Shown here: one piece after another, positions 12,778 to 26,379 of the stretch
Numbering within the stretch: position 1 is the stretch's first letter
How the letters are laid out: each line of letters opens with the position of its first letter
Origin: Tubiluchus corallicola
Taxonomy: Eukaryota > Animalia > Priapulida
DNA length: 64,000 bases
Assembly: GCA_030141605.1 (NCBI GenBank)
Contig: JAQGDQ010000718.1
Location: 44,170 to 108,169, forward strand
Direction: 5' to 3'
The notes under the pieces: generated by a model
Told to the model about the DNA's origin: nothing
Database searches by the model: none
What the model saw: the letters and a program-made list of their open reading frames with translations, nothing else
Position numbers and translations under genes: made by a program

Positions 12778-13283
12778 CAGTGGGGCGGTTCGTAGCTAAA
12801 ATTAGTGGGGGCGCTGCTTTAGAAAATTTTTAGCCATTGTTTTAATACGGTGTAATTTTAATGTTGTAATTGTAGTTTTAAACAAACACATAAACATATG
12901 AAATTTTATACATAAACTTCATAAAATCCTAAACAAAAAGTTTTTTTGGCTTATTAATAGCCTAAATTGTCGCAGTTCAAGCTTGATCCGTTCACGGTAA
13001 GCACGTAATAACTGACAACAAACTGTGCGAGTGACAGTACTTTCTCTACACGGGCTCATACATGTGTGCATGACCGCATGCGCACAACAGCTGATCACTG
13101 CGTTGTTGGAGCGCATTGTGCTCGGCTGTGAAGCAAACAGTACTACTCTCACGTGCTCTGGACCGTTCAAGTATAAAGAAAGAAATAAAGAAAAAAGACT
13201 TATTATATTGAATATTATCGATGATATTGATGGAAAATGGGGGGCGCTGCAGTTCCACAGTACCTATACACGCGCCGCCACTG
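12778..13283. mobile_element. hAT-type MITE
   Basis: TIRs CAGTGGGGCG / CGCCGCCACTG; 8-bp TSD GCTCAGAC/TCTCAGAC. Confidence 0.8.
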
Positions 13284-13486
13284 TCTCAGACACCTTAGGT
13301 ACGGTTTCTTTAGTGGTGCCAAGCACCTTTAGAAACTAAGTATTTAAGATGCGAACGTGCGTGTTTGCGTGTGTGCATGCGTGCGCATGCGTGTGTGTTC
13401 AAATGCATTGATACATTACTAATATCAACATGTGCAACACGTTCAAGGAATATTTGTTCTGATGAAAATTATGTTCACTTGTGATG

Positions 13487-13713
13487 GTGTGTGTGTGTGT
13501 GTGCGTGTGTACGTGTGCGTGTGCACGTGTGTGTGTGTGTGTTGTGTGCGTGTGCGTGTGCGTGCGTGTGTGTGTGTCTGTGTCTGTGTGCGTGTGTGTG
13601 TGTGTGCGGGTGCATGAGTGTGTGCGTGTGTGTGTGTGTGTATGCGGGTGCGTGTGCATGTGCGTGAGTGTGTGCGTGTGCGTGTGTGTGTCTGTGTGTC
13701 TGTGTGCGTGTGC

Positions 13714-13749
<36 letters not shown>

Positions 13750-13965
13750 GTGTGTGTGTGCGGGTGCGTGAGTGTGTGCGTGTGTGTGTGTGTGTGTGGG
13801 TGCGTGTGCGTGTGCGTGAGTGTTTGCGTGTGCATGTGTGTGTGTGTGTCTGTGTGTCTGTGTGCGTGTGCGTGAGTGTGTGTGTGTGTGTCTGTGTGCA
13901 TGTGCGTGTGCGTAAGTGTGTGCGTGTGCGCGTGTGTGTGTGTGCGTGTGTGCGCGCACGCGCGT
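13487..13965. repeat. Degenerate (GT)n microsatellite
   Basis: Seen directly. Confidence 0.96.
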
Positions 13966-13974
13966 TTTGTACTG

Positions 13975-14225
13975 TACATCACACTGAAAGATGTACAGTA
14001 GCACTGTACTTCCGTTTCCGCTTAGGCAAACACGTGCAACACGTTCAAGGAATATTTGTTCTGATAAAAATTATGTTCGCTTGTGATGGCTTGTCCACCA
14101 TTAATTAACTTTCTAGCACATCACTTAATTATTGGAAACGCTTTGACATTACTGTAGATGTTAAAATGTATACTTTACTGTATTTCAAAGTGGTACCTGA
14201 TTCGAAAAATCATCCTGTTTTCCGT
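13975..14225 (+). mobile_element. MITE family C right-half fragment
   Basis: cacactgaa..tacagtagcactgtac...gaaaaatcatcctgttttcc matches the family C 3' half. Confidence 0.6.
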
Positions 14226-14578
14226 CAGGAGTTGGCTTCTTTATCCGGTTCCGTGCTGTTTCAAGGAAGCCGTTGAAATTTAACTAATACTTAATATTCT
14301 GTTCGCGTTTCGTATTAGAAAAAAGCTGCTGCCTCTAACGCATGTCCATTGAAGGCAGTAAGCGTAGGTCCCTCGAGTGGAAAATCTTCCACCGGAAGTA
14401 ATCAGTGATATAATTAGATTTCCGGGAATTTTGCCTTTTAACGATTGTCGTCCAGTAAAGGTCAAGATTTAAAGGTCATCCAACTTTTGTTTGCCCATAT
14501 TTTTCGACCGACAAAAATCGCAGGTATGGCATGCATGCATCACGAATTGATGAGTCATATTGGATTTGCTAAAGATGA

Positions 14579-15046
<468 letters not shown>

Positions 15047-15592
15047 TTGTATCTGTATTTGTATTGTATTTTATTTTATATATAAAAAAATTGAATAAAT
15101 GAATCAATCTCTCTCCCTCTCTTTTCTCTCCTTTACCGACGTCTCCCCATCCCCTCTTTTTCCACTGTTTTACCCACTTTCTTTCCTCATTTACCTCTTC
15201 CTACGTGTCTTCTGTCTCTTGAAGTTTGACGGAATTTCCAATCTTTTCACTTCCTGTCACGTCTTGCTGGAGAAAAATGAAAGCACTTTATAGACCTGCA
15301 TAGATGCTGATGTGGTCTATTTTGGTAAAGTGATTAATGCTTTTGGTTAATGAAGGTGTAGGGAATTTCATCCTCATTCTTTCCTGTGTGATTCGTTGCA
15401 AGGTATTTCCTTATTACAGGCTTCCTCTGTTTCATTGCATTATCCCTTCATCACAAACGTGCTTGTGTGTGAATAGTTCGTTAAACGGAGGCTAACTAAT
15501 TAGGCTAAAAGGCTATTAGCTAATGACCTAGTTTGCAAGTGTTGATCATGACCTTGTCCCAGTTACGTTAAGCAGGACTGTGAGAGTTGTAG

Positions 15593-17105
15593 GTGCACCT
15601 TGGTGAGTGAAGTGCACCCTGGTGAGTGAAGTGCACCTTGGTGAGTGAAGTGCACCCTGGTGAGTGAAGTGCACCCTGGTGAGTGAAGTGCACCCTGGTG
15701 AGTGAAGTGCACCTTGGTGAGTGAAGTGCACGCTGGTGAGTGAAGTGCACCTTGGTGAGTGAAGTGCACCTTGGTGAGTGAAGAGCATGCTGGTGAGTGA
15801 AGTGCACCCTGGTGAGTGAAGTGTGCTCTGGTGAGTGAAGTGCATGCTCGTGAGTGAAGTGCACCCTGGTGAGTGAAGTGCATGCTGGTGAGTGAAGTGC
15901 ACCCTGGTGAGTGAAGTGCACCTTGGTGAGTGAAGTGCACCCTGGTGAGTGAAGTGCACCTTGGTGAGTGAAGTGCATGCTGGTGAGTGAAGTGCACCCT
16001 GGTGAGTGAAGTGCATGCTGGTGAGTGAAGTGCACCTTGGTGAGTGAAGTGTGCTCTGGTGAGTGAAGTGCACCCTGGTGAGTGAAGTGCATGCTGGTGA
16101 GTTAAGTGCATGCTGGTGAGTGAAGTGCACCTTGGTGAGTGAAGTGCACCCTGGTGAGTGAAGTGCACGCTGGTGAGTGAAGTGCACCTTGGTGAGTGAA
16201 GTGCACCCTGGTGAGTGAAGTGCGCGCTGGTGAGTGAAGTGCATGCTGGTGAGTGAAGTGCACGCTGGTGAGTGAAGTGCATGCTGGTGAGTGAAGTGCA
16301 CCATGGTGAGTGAAGTGCACCTTGGTGAGTGAAGTGCACCATGGTGAGTGAAGTGCACCCTGGTGTGTGAAGTGCACGCTGGTGAGTGAAGTGCACGCTG
16401 GTGAGTGAAGAGCACGCTGGTGAGTGAAGTGCACCTTGGTGAGTGAAGGGCATGTTGGTGTGTGAAGTGCACCTTGGTGAGTGAAGAGCACCCTGGTGAG
16501 TGAAGTGCACGCTCGTGAGTGAAGTACACCTTGGTGAGTGAAGTGCACCTTGGTGAGTGAAGGGCATGTTGGTGTGTGAAGTGCACCTTGGTGAGTGAAG
16601 AGCACCCTGGTGAGTGAAGTGCACGCTCGTGAGTGAAGTACACATTGGTGAGTGAAGTGCACCTTGGTGAGTGAAGTGCACCCTGGTGAGTGAAGTGCAC
16701 GCTCGTGAGTGAAGTACACCTTGGTGAGTGAAGTGCACCTTGGTGAGTGAAGGGCATGTTGGTGTGTGAAGTGCACCTTGGTGAGTGAAGAGCACCCTGG
16801 TGAGTGAAGTGCACGCTCGTGAGTGAAGTACACATTGGTGAGTGAAGTGCACCCTGGTGAGTGAAGTGCACGCTCGTGAGTGAAGTACACCTTGGTGAGT
16901 GAAGTGCACCTTGGTGAGTGAAGTACACCTTGGTGAGTGAAGTGCACCTTGGTGAGTGAAGTGCACCCTGGTGAGTGAAGTGCACGTTCGTGAGTGAAGT
17001 GCACCTTGGTGAGTGAAGTGTGCTCTCGTGAGTGAAGTGCACCTTGGTGAGCGAAGTGCATGCTGGTGTGTGAAGTGCACCTTGGTGAGTGAAGTGCACC
17101 CTGGT
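15593..17105. repeat. 19-bp minisatellite, about 80 copies
   Basis: Unit gtgcaccttggtgagtgaa, with patterned variants. Confidence 0.97.
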
Positions 17106-17279
17106 GTTCTCATTTTCAATACTAGATGTATTAGATTCTAGGAAGAGTAGACGTTTGACAAATATGTAAATGGTAGGCGACTCGTTGTTGCTTAATTCAT
17201 GCTGAGAATGTTAAAGCTGCAAGACAATCAACCGACCGATCCACTGACTGGCTGACTGACCAAGTTGGATTGACAAACG

Positions 17280-17765
17280 AACGGACAGACGGATAAGCAG
17301 GCAGACAGACAGACAGATAGATTACGGATGGGTGGATAGACAGACAGATACACAGACAGACAGAGACAGACAGATAGATTCATACAAACAATCAAACATA
17401 CATACATACATACATACATACATACATACATACATACATACATACATACATACATACATACATACATACATACATACATACATACATACATACATACATA
17501 CATACATACATACATACATACATACATACATACATACATACATAAATACATACATACATACATACATACATACATACATACATACATACATACATACATA
17601 CATACATACATACATACATACATACATACATACATACATACATACATACATACATACATACATACATACATACATACATACATACATACATACATACATA
17701 CATACATACATACATACATACATACAAACACCATACATACATACATACATACATACATACATACA

Positions 17766-17799
<34 letters not shown>

Positions 17800-17829
17800 C
17801 ATACATACATACATACATACATACATACA

Positions 17830-17861
<32 letters not shown>

Positions 17862-17862
17862 C
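17280..17862. repeat. (GACA)/(CATA)n microsatellite
   Basis: Seen directly. Confidence 0.96.
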
Positions 17863-18199
17863 ACAAATCTATCACAAAATATGTCCTTCAGGGAAAATTT
17901 GACACAAGTGCTCTGACGCATTGTACAGGCAAGAAACTAAAACGTAGATAATTTTAAGACAAATCAGTTACTGTAGAACACTGGAGATCACGAAGTAGCA
18001 AAGTTCAAGCATGTTAATTTAATATGGTTTAAAAACATGCCATAAAACCAAGATAAATGAAATTATGAGACTGATTGCTTTGTGTAATTAATAATTATTA
18101 GCCCAACATTCAACATGAACGTAAACGTGAAGTAACGAACTGTAAACAAATAAATGACTGAAAATGTGAAAAAACAAAAAGATAACAAGGATGAAAAAA

Positions 18200-18380
18200 T
18201 GGACAGACAGACAGACAGGCAGGCAGGCAGGCAGACAGACAGACGGACAGGCAGACAGGTAGATAGGCAGACAGACATAGAGGTAGGCAGACAGACAGAC
18301 AGGCAGGCACGCAGACAGACAAACGGACAGACGGGCAGACAGTCAGGCTTGCAGGCAGGCAGACAGACGGACGCACATGG

Positions 18381-18428
<48 letters not shown>

Positions 18429-18720
18429 GGACGGACGGACGGATGGACGGTCGGACGGGTGGACAAACAGACAGACAAACAGACAGGCAGGCAGACGGAC
18501 AGGCAGACTGTCAGACATGCAGGCAGACAGACATGCAGACAGGCAATCGGACAGACAGGCAGGCAGGTGGACAGGTAGGCAGGTGGACAGGCAGACTGTC
18601 AGGCAGACAGACAGGCAGACAGGCAATCGGACAGACAGGCAGGCAGGTGGACAGGCAGACAGGCAGACTGTCAGGCAGGCAGGCAGTCGGACAGACGAAC
18701 AAACAGACTAACGAACGAAC
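18200..18720. repeat. Degenerate (GACA/GGCA)n microsatellite
   Basis: Seen directly. Confidence 0.93.
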
Positions 18721-18795
18721 AACTCCGCTATTTCATTTCTTTACTTGTATAAGCGCTTAAAAGAAAATAAACGAACACCCGAGAGCCAAAAATTG

Positions 18796-19289
18796 TCAAA
18801 GGAAAGGCTAAGCCAATTTAGGCTGATCTCATTGTTCATGAAAACTGTGAAAAGTGTAATAAGCGCCTCGCATAATTAGTAAAACCACTTTAAACTTATT
18901 TCATTCTTCCACCAGTGACGTCATTCAATGACTGAAGAAATTGTCAATTTCCGTCAAAACTATAATGAATTTTTACACAAAAAAAACTAGATAGCTAGTT
19001 TTGCTATATTGTTATGTGAACATTAGGTAAGCTGTAGAAGTTTTAGTAAGTTTACACAACGCACGCTTACGGAAAACCGTGATGCGCTTATCAACGAAAT
19101 CCACCAGTGATGTCATAAGTTTTAAGTGAATGGTGGCTGCTCCTGAAAATTTCTATTCAGCGATGGTATCAATTAACTTTTTGCTTTGCAAACAGTTCAT
19201 GTGCAAATTACTTTGTTATATTTTTCTAAGTTTAAGTGATAACAGTAAAATAAACCCAACACACAGGGTGATTTGTTCTTTCCACCTAG
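18796..19289 (+). mobile_element. MITE family A copy (diverged)
   Basis: aaaggaaaggctaag...aaaataaacccaaca...gatttgttctttcc, collinear with 10699-11196. Confidence 0.68.
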
Positions 19290-19330
19290 TAAACATTTGG
19301 CATTAGATGTTCTTAGAAGATTCTTATAGT

Positions 19331-20070
19331 TTAAAGGACAAGAAAACGGGTACTTGAAGTAGGCATTCATAAAATAAACAAGTTTTTTCTTAGTATGTAG
19401 ATAATTAGTTCTCTAACTCAATACCAGGACTGAAGCGATAAAATGGTTGAACTAGAAATAGTGACCAGTCTACCAAGCAAGTTTATAGGAAAGGACATGT
19501 CACTTAGCATATTGGGTTTAAATCACTGGTCACTCAGCATACTGGGTTTATATCACTGGTCACTCAGCATACTGGGTTTATATCACTGGTCACTTAGCAT
19601 ATTGGGTTTATATCACTGGTCACTCAGCATATTGGGTTTATATCACTGGTCACTCTTTCACTTAAAGGACAAGAAGGGGTACTTGAAGTTGGTTTCAGAA
19701 AAATTGCCATAAAAATTATATTACTTTATAGCAATTTTATTCGTATATCGTACTCGTGTTGAAAGGAATTTTTGTTTGTTTGCATTTTAAATTTCCCGAG
19801 TCACTGTACCGACGGCGCCGTTACATGACGTCATATACGCACAAAGTAAATCAGGGGAAGCCACTCACTAACCAAAAACGTATTTTTAATCTTATTGACA
19901 AGGTGCAGTAATTTAAAACTTTACTTAGTTTGTGACGTGTGCGCTACAAATGTTCACGTCTTCAAATGACTTATCGTCAAAATGACTGCGTCTTGCGGCA
20001 CCGCGGGAGCCTAAATTTACAAGGTTCATATAGCGTTACTGCCGACGCAAGTCCTGTATGCAAAAAAGAA
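19331..20070 (+). mobile_element. MITE family D with duplicated left end and captured sequence
   Basis: TTAA-AGGACAAGAA..GGGTACTTGAAGT occurs at 19331 and again at 19662; body collinear with 42250-42791 (minus) and 57633-58350. Confidence 0.72.
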
Positions 20071-20126
20071 AAATTTTTAAGCTTTAAGTGGAGGGTTTAA
20101 GCTTGAAAGTAAATCCACCAGTATCC

Positions 20127-20724
20127 GTCAAGGTCACTCATGGACATTGATGTCAAGGTCATTCATGGACATTGATGTCAAGGTCACTCATGGACATTGA
20201 TGTCAAGGTCATTCATGGACATTGATGTCAAGGTCACTCATGGACATTGATGTCAAGGTCATTCATGGACATTGATGTCAAGGTCACTCATGGACATTGA
20301 TGTCAAGGTCATTCATGGACATTGATGTCAAGGTCACTCATGGACATTGATGTCAAGGTCATTCATGGACATTGATGTCAAGGTCACTCATGGACATTGA
20401 TGTCAAGGTCATTCATGGACATTGATGTCAAGGTCACTCATGGACATTGATGTCAAGGTCATTCATGGACATTGATGTCAAGGTCATTCATGGACATTGA
20501 TGTCAAGGTCATTCATGGACATTGATGTCAAGGTCATTCATGGACATTGATGTCAAGGTCATTCATGGACATTGATGTCAAGGTCATTCATGGACATTGA
20601 TGTCAAGGTCATTCATGGACATTGATGTCAAGGTCATTCATGGACATTGATGTCAAGGTCATTCATGGACATTGATGTCAAGGTCACTCATGGACATTGA
20701 TGTCAAGGTCATTCATGGACATTG
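20127..20724. repeat. 25-bp minisatellite, 24 copies
   Basis: Unit gtcaaggtca(c/t)tcatggacattgat. Confidence 0.97.
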
Positions 20725-20940
20725 CTACAGTTGCATGTAGTTTATAGTTATAATTATAGTGTTGTGTTATTAGTTTCTTGATTACCCACAATGCTCCACA
20801 CTTCCGGTAATTTGTCAAATTCCGGAACAGGAGCATCATTGCAAGATTTGCAGCTTGTCCTTTGCGAGCGAAAAACATGATTTATCTACGACAAGCTAAT
20901 TATCATAAATGATCATCGCTGCATCTTTTTCTAGACGGCT

Positions 20941-22172
20941 TTGCTGAGACTGCTAGATATTTTTGATAAATTTGCTAAAGAATATGATATCCTTGTAAAT
21001 GTGAATAAGACTAAACTTGTCACGTTTCACTCCGCCCACATGCAGCAGTTTACTTTTGCGTCTGTTGTTTTGCAGTGTAAAAGTTTTGTACCTAGTAAAA
21101 AAGAAAAATATTTGGGTCATATTTTATCAGATGACACTAGAGATGATTTAGATATATTACGACAATGTTCAATTTACTATGGTAGAGCAAATAAATTACT
21201 CATGAAATTTACTCACTGTTCAGTTAACGTGAAGAGACAATTGTTTAATGCTTACTGCACTACCTTTTATTGTATGTCCACTTGGAGACATTTTTATTCT
21301 TACAATCTTAGCAAACTCAAGGTTGCATATAATGTATCAACACGGAAGCTGTTTAACTTTTCATATGATACGAGCGCTAGACATATTTCTACTAGACTTA
21401 ATATTATTTATTTTGATGTGATTCACAGAAAATGTGCATACAGTTTACACGTCAGGCTGAATAAGAGTGAAAATTTTATATGCAAGAACATTTTAAACAG
21501 TGATGTAAATTTTACTTCTGTAATTAGACGTCATTCGTTTATTCATTTAGTCATTCACTCACTCATTCATTAATTCATTCATTCGTTCGTTCGTTCGTTC
21601 ATTTATTTATTCATTCATTCGTTTATTCATTTAGTCATTCACTCACTGATTCATTAGTTCATTCATTCGTTCGTTCGTCTGTTCGTTCGTTCGTTCGTTC
21701 GTTCGTTCGCTCGTTCGTTCGTTCGTTCTTTCATTCATTCATTCATTTGTTTATTCATTCATTCATTCATTCGTCCATTCATTCAATCATTCACTCACTA
21801 ATTCATTCATTCATTCTTTTATTCATTCACTCATTCATTCATTCATTTATTCACTCACTCATTCATTCATTCATTCATTCATTCACTCACTCACTCATTC
21901 ATTCATTCATTCTTTTATTGATTCACTCATTCATTCATTCATTCATTCACCCACTCATTCATTCATTCATTTATTCACTCATTTGTTCATTCATTCAGTC
22001 ACTGAGTCAGTCAGTAAGTCAGATCGTCATTGGCATAGTTTGTTATATCGTTAATTGTTATTTGTGTTATTGTTGTGTGTCATGATTCATTGTATTATTT
22101 GTATTAATTTGTGATGTGTATATGAACTTTGTCAAGTTTGAAATAAAATATTAGATCAAATCAAATTAAAAT
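20941..22172 (+). mobile_element. LINE 3' fragment (RT C-terminal region and 3' UTR) interrupted by a microsatellite block
   Basis: ORF has VNVNKTKLVTF, KYLGHILSDD, KRQLFNAYCT..Y and LKVAYN motifs typical of the post-RT region of non-LTR elements; 3' UTR ends aataaaatattagatcaaatcaaattaaaatc. Confidence 0.85.
21536..22024. repeat. (TTCA/TTCG)n compound microsatellite inside a LINE
   Basis: Seen directly; flanked by CGTCATT on both sides. Confidence 0.95.
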
Positions 22173-22517
22173 CTAGCAAGTAACTGCATTGTGAAAACAG
22201 CTCGATTATAGCAAAGGTCAAGTTTAACGTAAAAATAAGTTTTCTTTAATTAAAACAGTTAATCGTAACTTGAAACTTGACACTAATTATGTAAAATTTC
22301 ATGGCTTCCTTTTCTAATTTGTGCTTCCCTCGGAACATCTTGTTCGGTTCTTTTGCTCGTGAATTTTCGGAAAATCTCGAGCTTAACAAATGCAGCTAAT
22401 ATATTAATTTTTTCATAGCGCCATCTAACGAGTAAAATGCGCGAAATCAAGTTTTAGATTTTCTTCAGAAACGACACCTTCATACCTGACTTCTCTTACA
22501 TAAACCACCAAGAAAAA

Positions 22518-23125
22518 TTAAAGCAAGACTGGATGCAATCTTAAACTCTATGTAAAAACGATCTACTTTTTAAAATATTGAAAGGAAACAAACTATTTTT
22601 CAAGAATGACTTACGTGAAAGAATTATTACCTCACAAATACAATTTCGCGTTCACGCCACTAGTTCTTCGCTGTTAGGTGCATTTCACCATTCGTTAGTT
22701 AGAGGGGCAGTAGCGCCTGCATTTCGGAAACGCATTGCACAAAAAAGAGGTGCTGTACCTCTCAGTTCAGTTAGCTTGTTACGAACTACACACGTTCGAC
22801 AGCTCGGCGGTGAATTGAAATTTGATTTTTTATCTCAAAACTTGGCTAGTTTTAGTACAGCACACTGAATATCTTACTGTAGCACTGTACTTGAATTTTA
22901 GCTTTCGCAAACTAGTGCAACACGCTCGTGGAATATTTTTGCTGTTGAAAATCATGTTCGTTTGTGATGTCATCAATAGATGGGCCCGCCCGCTGTTAAA
23001 TAAGTTTTTAATCAGTAATTTATATATCAGAAACGCTTTTGCAGCATTAATTGTGTTAAAATGTATACTTTCTATTGAACTTCAAAATGGGGTAGTATAT
23101 GAAAAATCGTCATATCTTCCTATAA
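22518..23125 (+). mobile_element. TTAA-flanked MITE family C
   Basis: Collinear with 56762-57404; partial relatives at about 13980-14225 and 4550-4914 (minus strand). Confidence 0.75.
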
Positions 23126-23239
23126 GTATTTGTGTAATTATATTCTCGAACTAATTACGTTTATATGTCTGTAGACTGTGTTTAACTAAAATGCGCCGTA
23201 GATCCAACTGTGTTCTAATACCACCCAGAATATATAAAG

Positions 23240-24590
<1,351 letters not shown>

Positions 24591-24693
24591 TCACTGCGTA
24601 TATAATAGGGGGTAACTTCGTTTATGTATAAAGTTTATGTACATATTATTGAAACAACATATTTTTGTTGAGCAAGAAATATTGCAATATGGC

Positions 24694-24740
24694 TTACCAC
24701 TGATGATGACAGCAGTAGCTCTGCCGAAACGTTTGACATG
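24694..24740 (+). ncRNA. Minimal hammerhead ribozyme motif (Penelope-like element type)
   Basis: CTGATGA (24700-24706), stem II GACAG/CTGCC, GAAAC (24726-24730) followed by GTT; homologous copy at the window end. Confidence 0.6.
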
Positions 24741-24796
24741 ATTTTAGCAATATAACTTAAGAGTTCTAATAAAGTTGTGCTGTTTTAACTACAAAT

Positions 24797-25328
24797 CTTG
24801 TTGGCACTTCTTGAGTGTGCCCCAAGAGAGTCAGTTATTGATCACATTGATAGAGCTGCAGCGCCGACTGTGGCTGAGCAGTGCGATCCTTGAACGTCTC
24901 CAGGGCGCACGCCTGGGCAAGGTGTATGGAGATCCTGAGTTGCCCAGACAACAGGAACCCCCTCTCTTCCTCCCTGGTGTAGTCCAAAGGAAAGCGGAGT
25001 GATACGTTTGGCACCAGGTTGGCTGCAGGAGCTGCCAGAGTCAGTGAGCATGCTGCACTGGTCCGCCTTCGGGGTTCCACTCCTGATTTGGAAGGTTTAC
25101 TCCTTTATACATGGCCGTTGGGTCACTTGACCTCCTCCGCCTTCTCTCCGTTGGCTGCTTGTGCAGCTCCTCCGCCTAGTGTCGAGATACAGTGTGGGCA
25201 TCCCGCAAGCCTACATCACCTGGTATTCCTAGGCGGTCACCCATCCAAGTACTAACCAGGCTCTACGTTGCTTAACTTCGGTGATGAGACGAGAACCGGT
25301 GTTTTCAACGTGATTTGGCCGTAGCCGC
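24797..25328 (-). mobile_element. 5S rRNA-derived SINE with RTE-derived body (copy 2, full 5S head)
   Basis: Reverse complement starts with a near-complete ~120-nt 5S sequence followed by the same body as copy 1; 12-bp TSD TTAACTA(C/T)AAAT at 24785-24796 and 25329-25340. Confidence 0.9.
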
Positions 25329-25599
25329 TTAACTATAAATGCATCAGATATATTCGAGCAATTTATTCTTGCTCAAAGTTAAAAACTCATGTAAATTACT
25401 TGGGCAGAGATGCTGTTTATTGTCAGCTTCTCGCATGCAAAACGCCCACACGACAACAATAAATCTTGCAATGATTGTTCCTATCATTATTTCGTTTTGT
25501 GAAAACTCAAATCACGCACCTGCTCGAATGCGTGAGAAATGGCTTCTTCCTTGATTAACAATGGCGAAAGTGGGTATTTGTCCTAATTTGTTTTAGATT

Positions 25600-26068
25600 G
25601 CTTGTCCTGGAATTGACGATAGGATTTGGAAAAAGCTAAATCTGTTATTTTGAAATGGTTTGCTGATGTTGTTAATGTATTTAAATATAAAAAGCAGAGC
25701 GAAATATTCTTTGTGTGCTTCAATGATTGGGAATTTTAAAGTTTTTCTCAGGTTAGTTGTTGAAGCTTTGAATTTTTGTCTACCTGCCTTGTGTTTGTAT
25801 GAGTACCCAGCTATCAATCTCAACGCATAGTTCTGAAGGAGATTTAATTTTAAGTAATTTTCTCTTTTGGTTTTTTGAAGTAGCGTAAGAAGTGTGGTAA
25901 GATTAAAGTTTTATATGTTAGTGTCTTAGTTTCCTTTGTTAGTTGCCCTTTAACTTGTCAGAGATATGACGTGCTAGATGCCATTTTTGTGTATATGTTA
26001 TTAAAGTGTTCATCCCATGAAAGATTATTGTCTACCTGTATGCCCAGGAATTTAACATTATTAGATTG
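25600..26068 (-). mobile_element. LINE RT fragment (inverted sister of 29295-29905)
   Basis: 25795-26067 is a close reverse complement of about 29625-29905, with small deletions. Confidence 0.82.
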
Positions 26069-26379
26069 TAACACATCATGCGATGTTTGATCAATGTTCC
26101 TATAGACCGACAGTTGCCTTCAGTTATTCTGTAACTAAATATAAGCTTTTATATTTTTTCCAAATTCTGACTATAACTTTGGTAAAACTTTTCAATTTTT
26201 TTCAAGATCGTGATAAATATTCTATTTTCTCCAGCTCTTATTTTGTCTCTTCGGTGGCCCCTGCAGTAATAACTTATTTTCAAAACACGTTATGCAGCAT
26301 TATTTTAAGCAAATAGTAATTAAATTAGTACGACGATATCAAATGATTATGTGTTGTGACGAGCACGGCTGGAAGCCAG

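Noticed and set aside
15546-17119. 500-aa ORFs in the minus-strand frames
   Set aside because: Produced by a 19-bp repeat with almost no stops on that strand; the same peptide cycles through all frames.
25205-25328. Functional 5S rRNA gene
   Set aside because: No T-run terminator after the 5S sequence, fused to a SINE body, bounded by a TSD and not in a tandem array.
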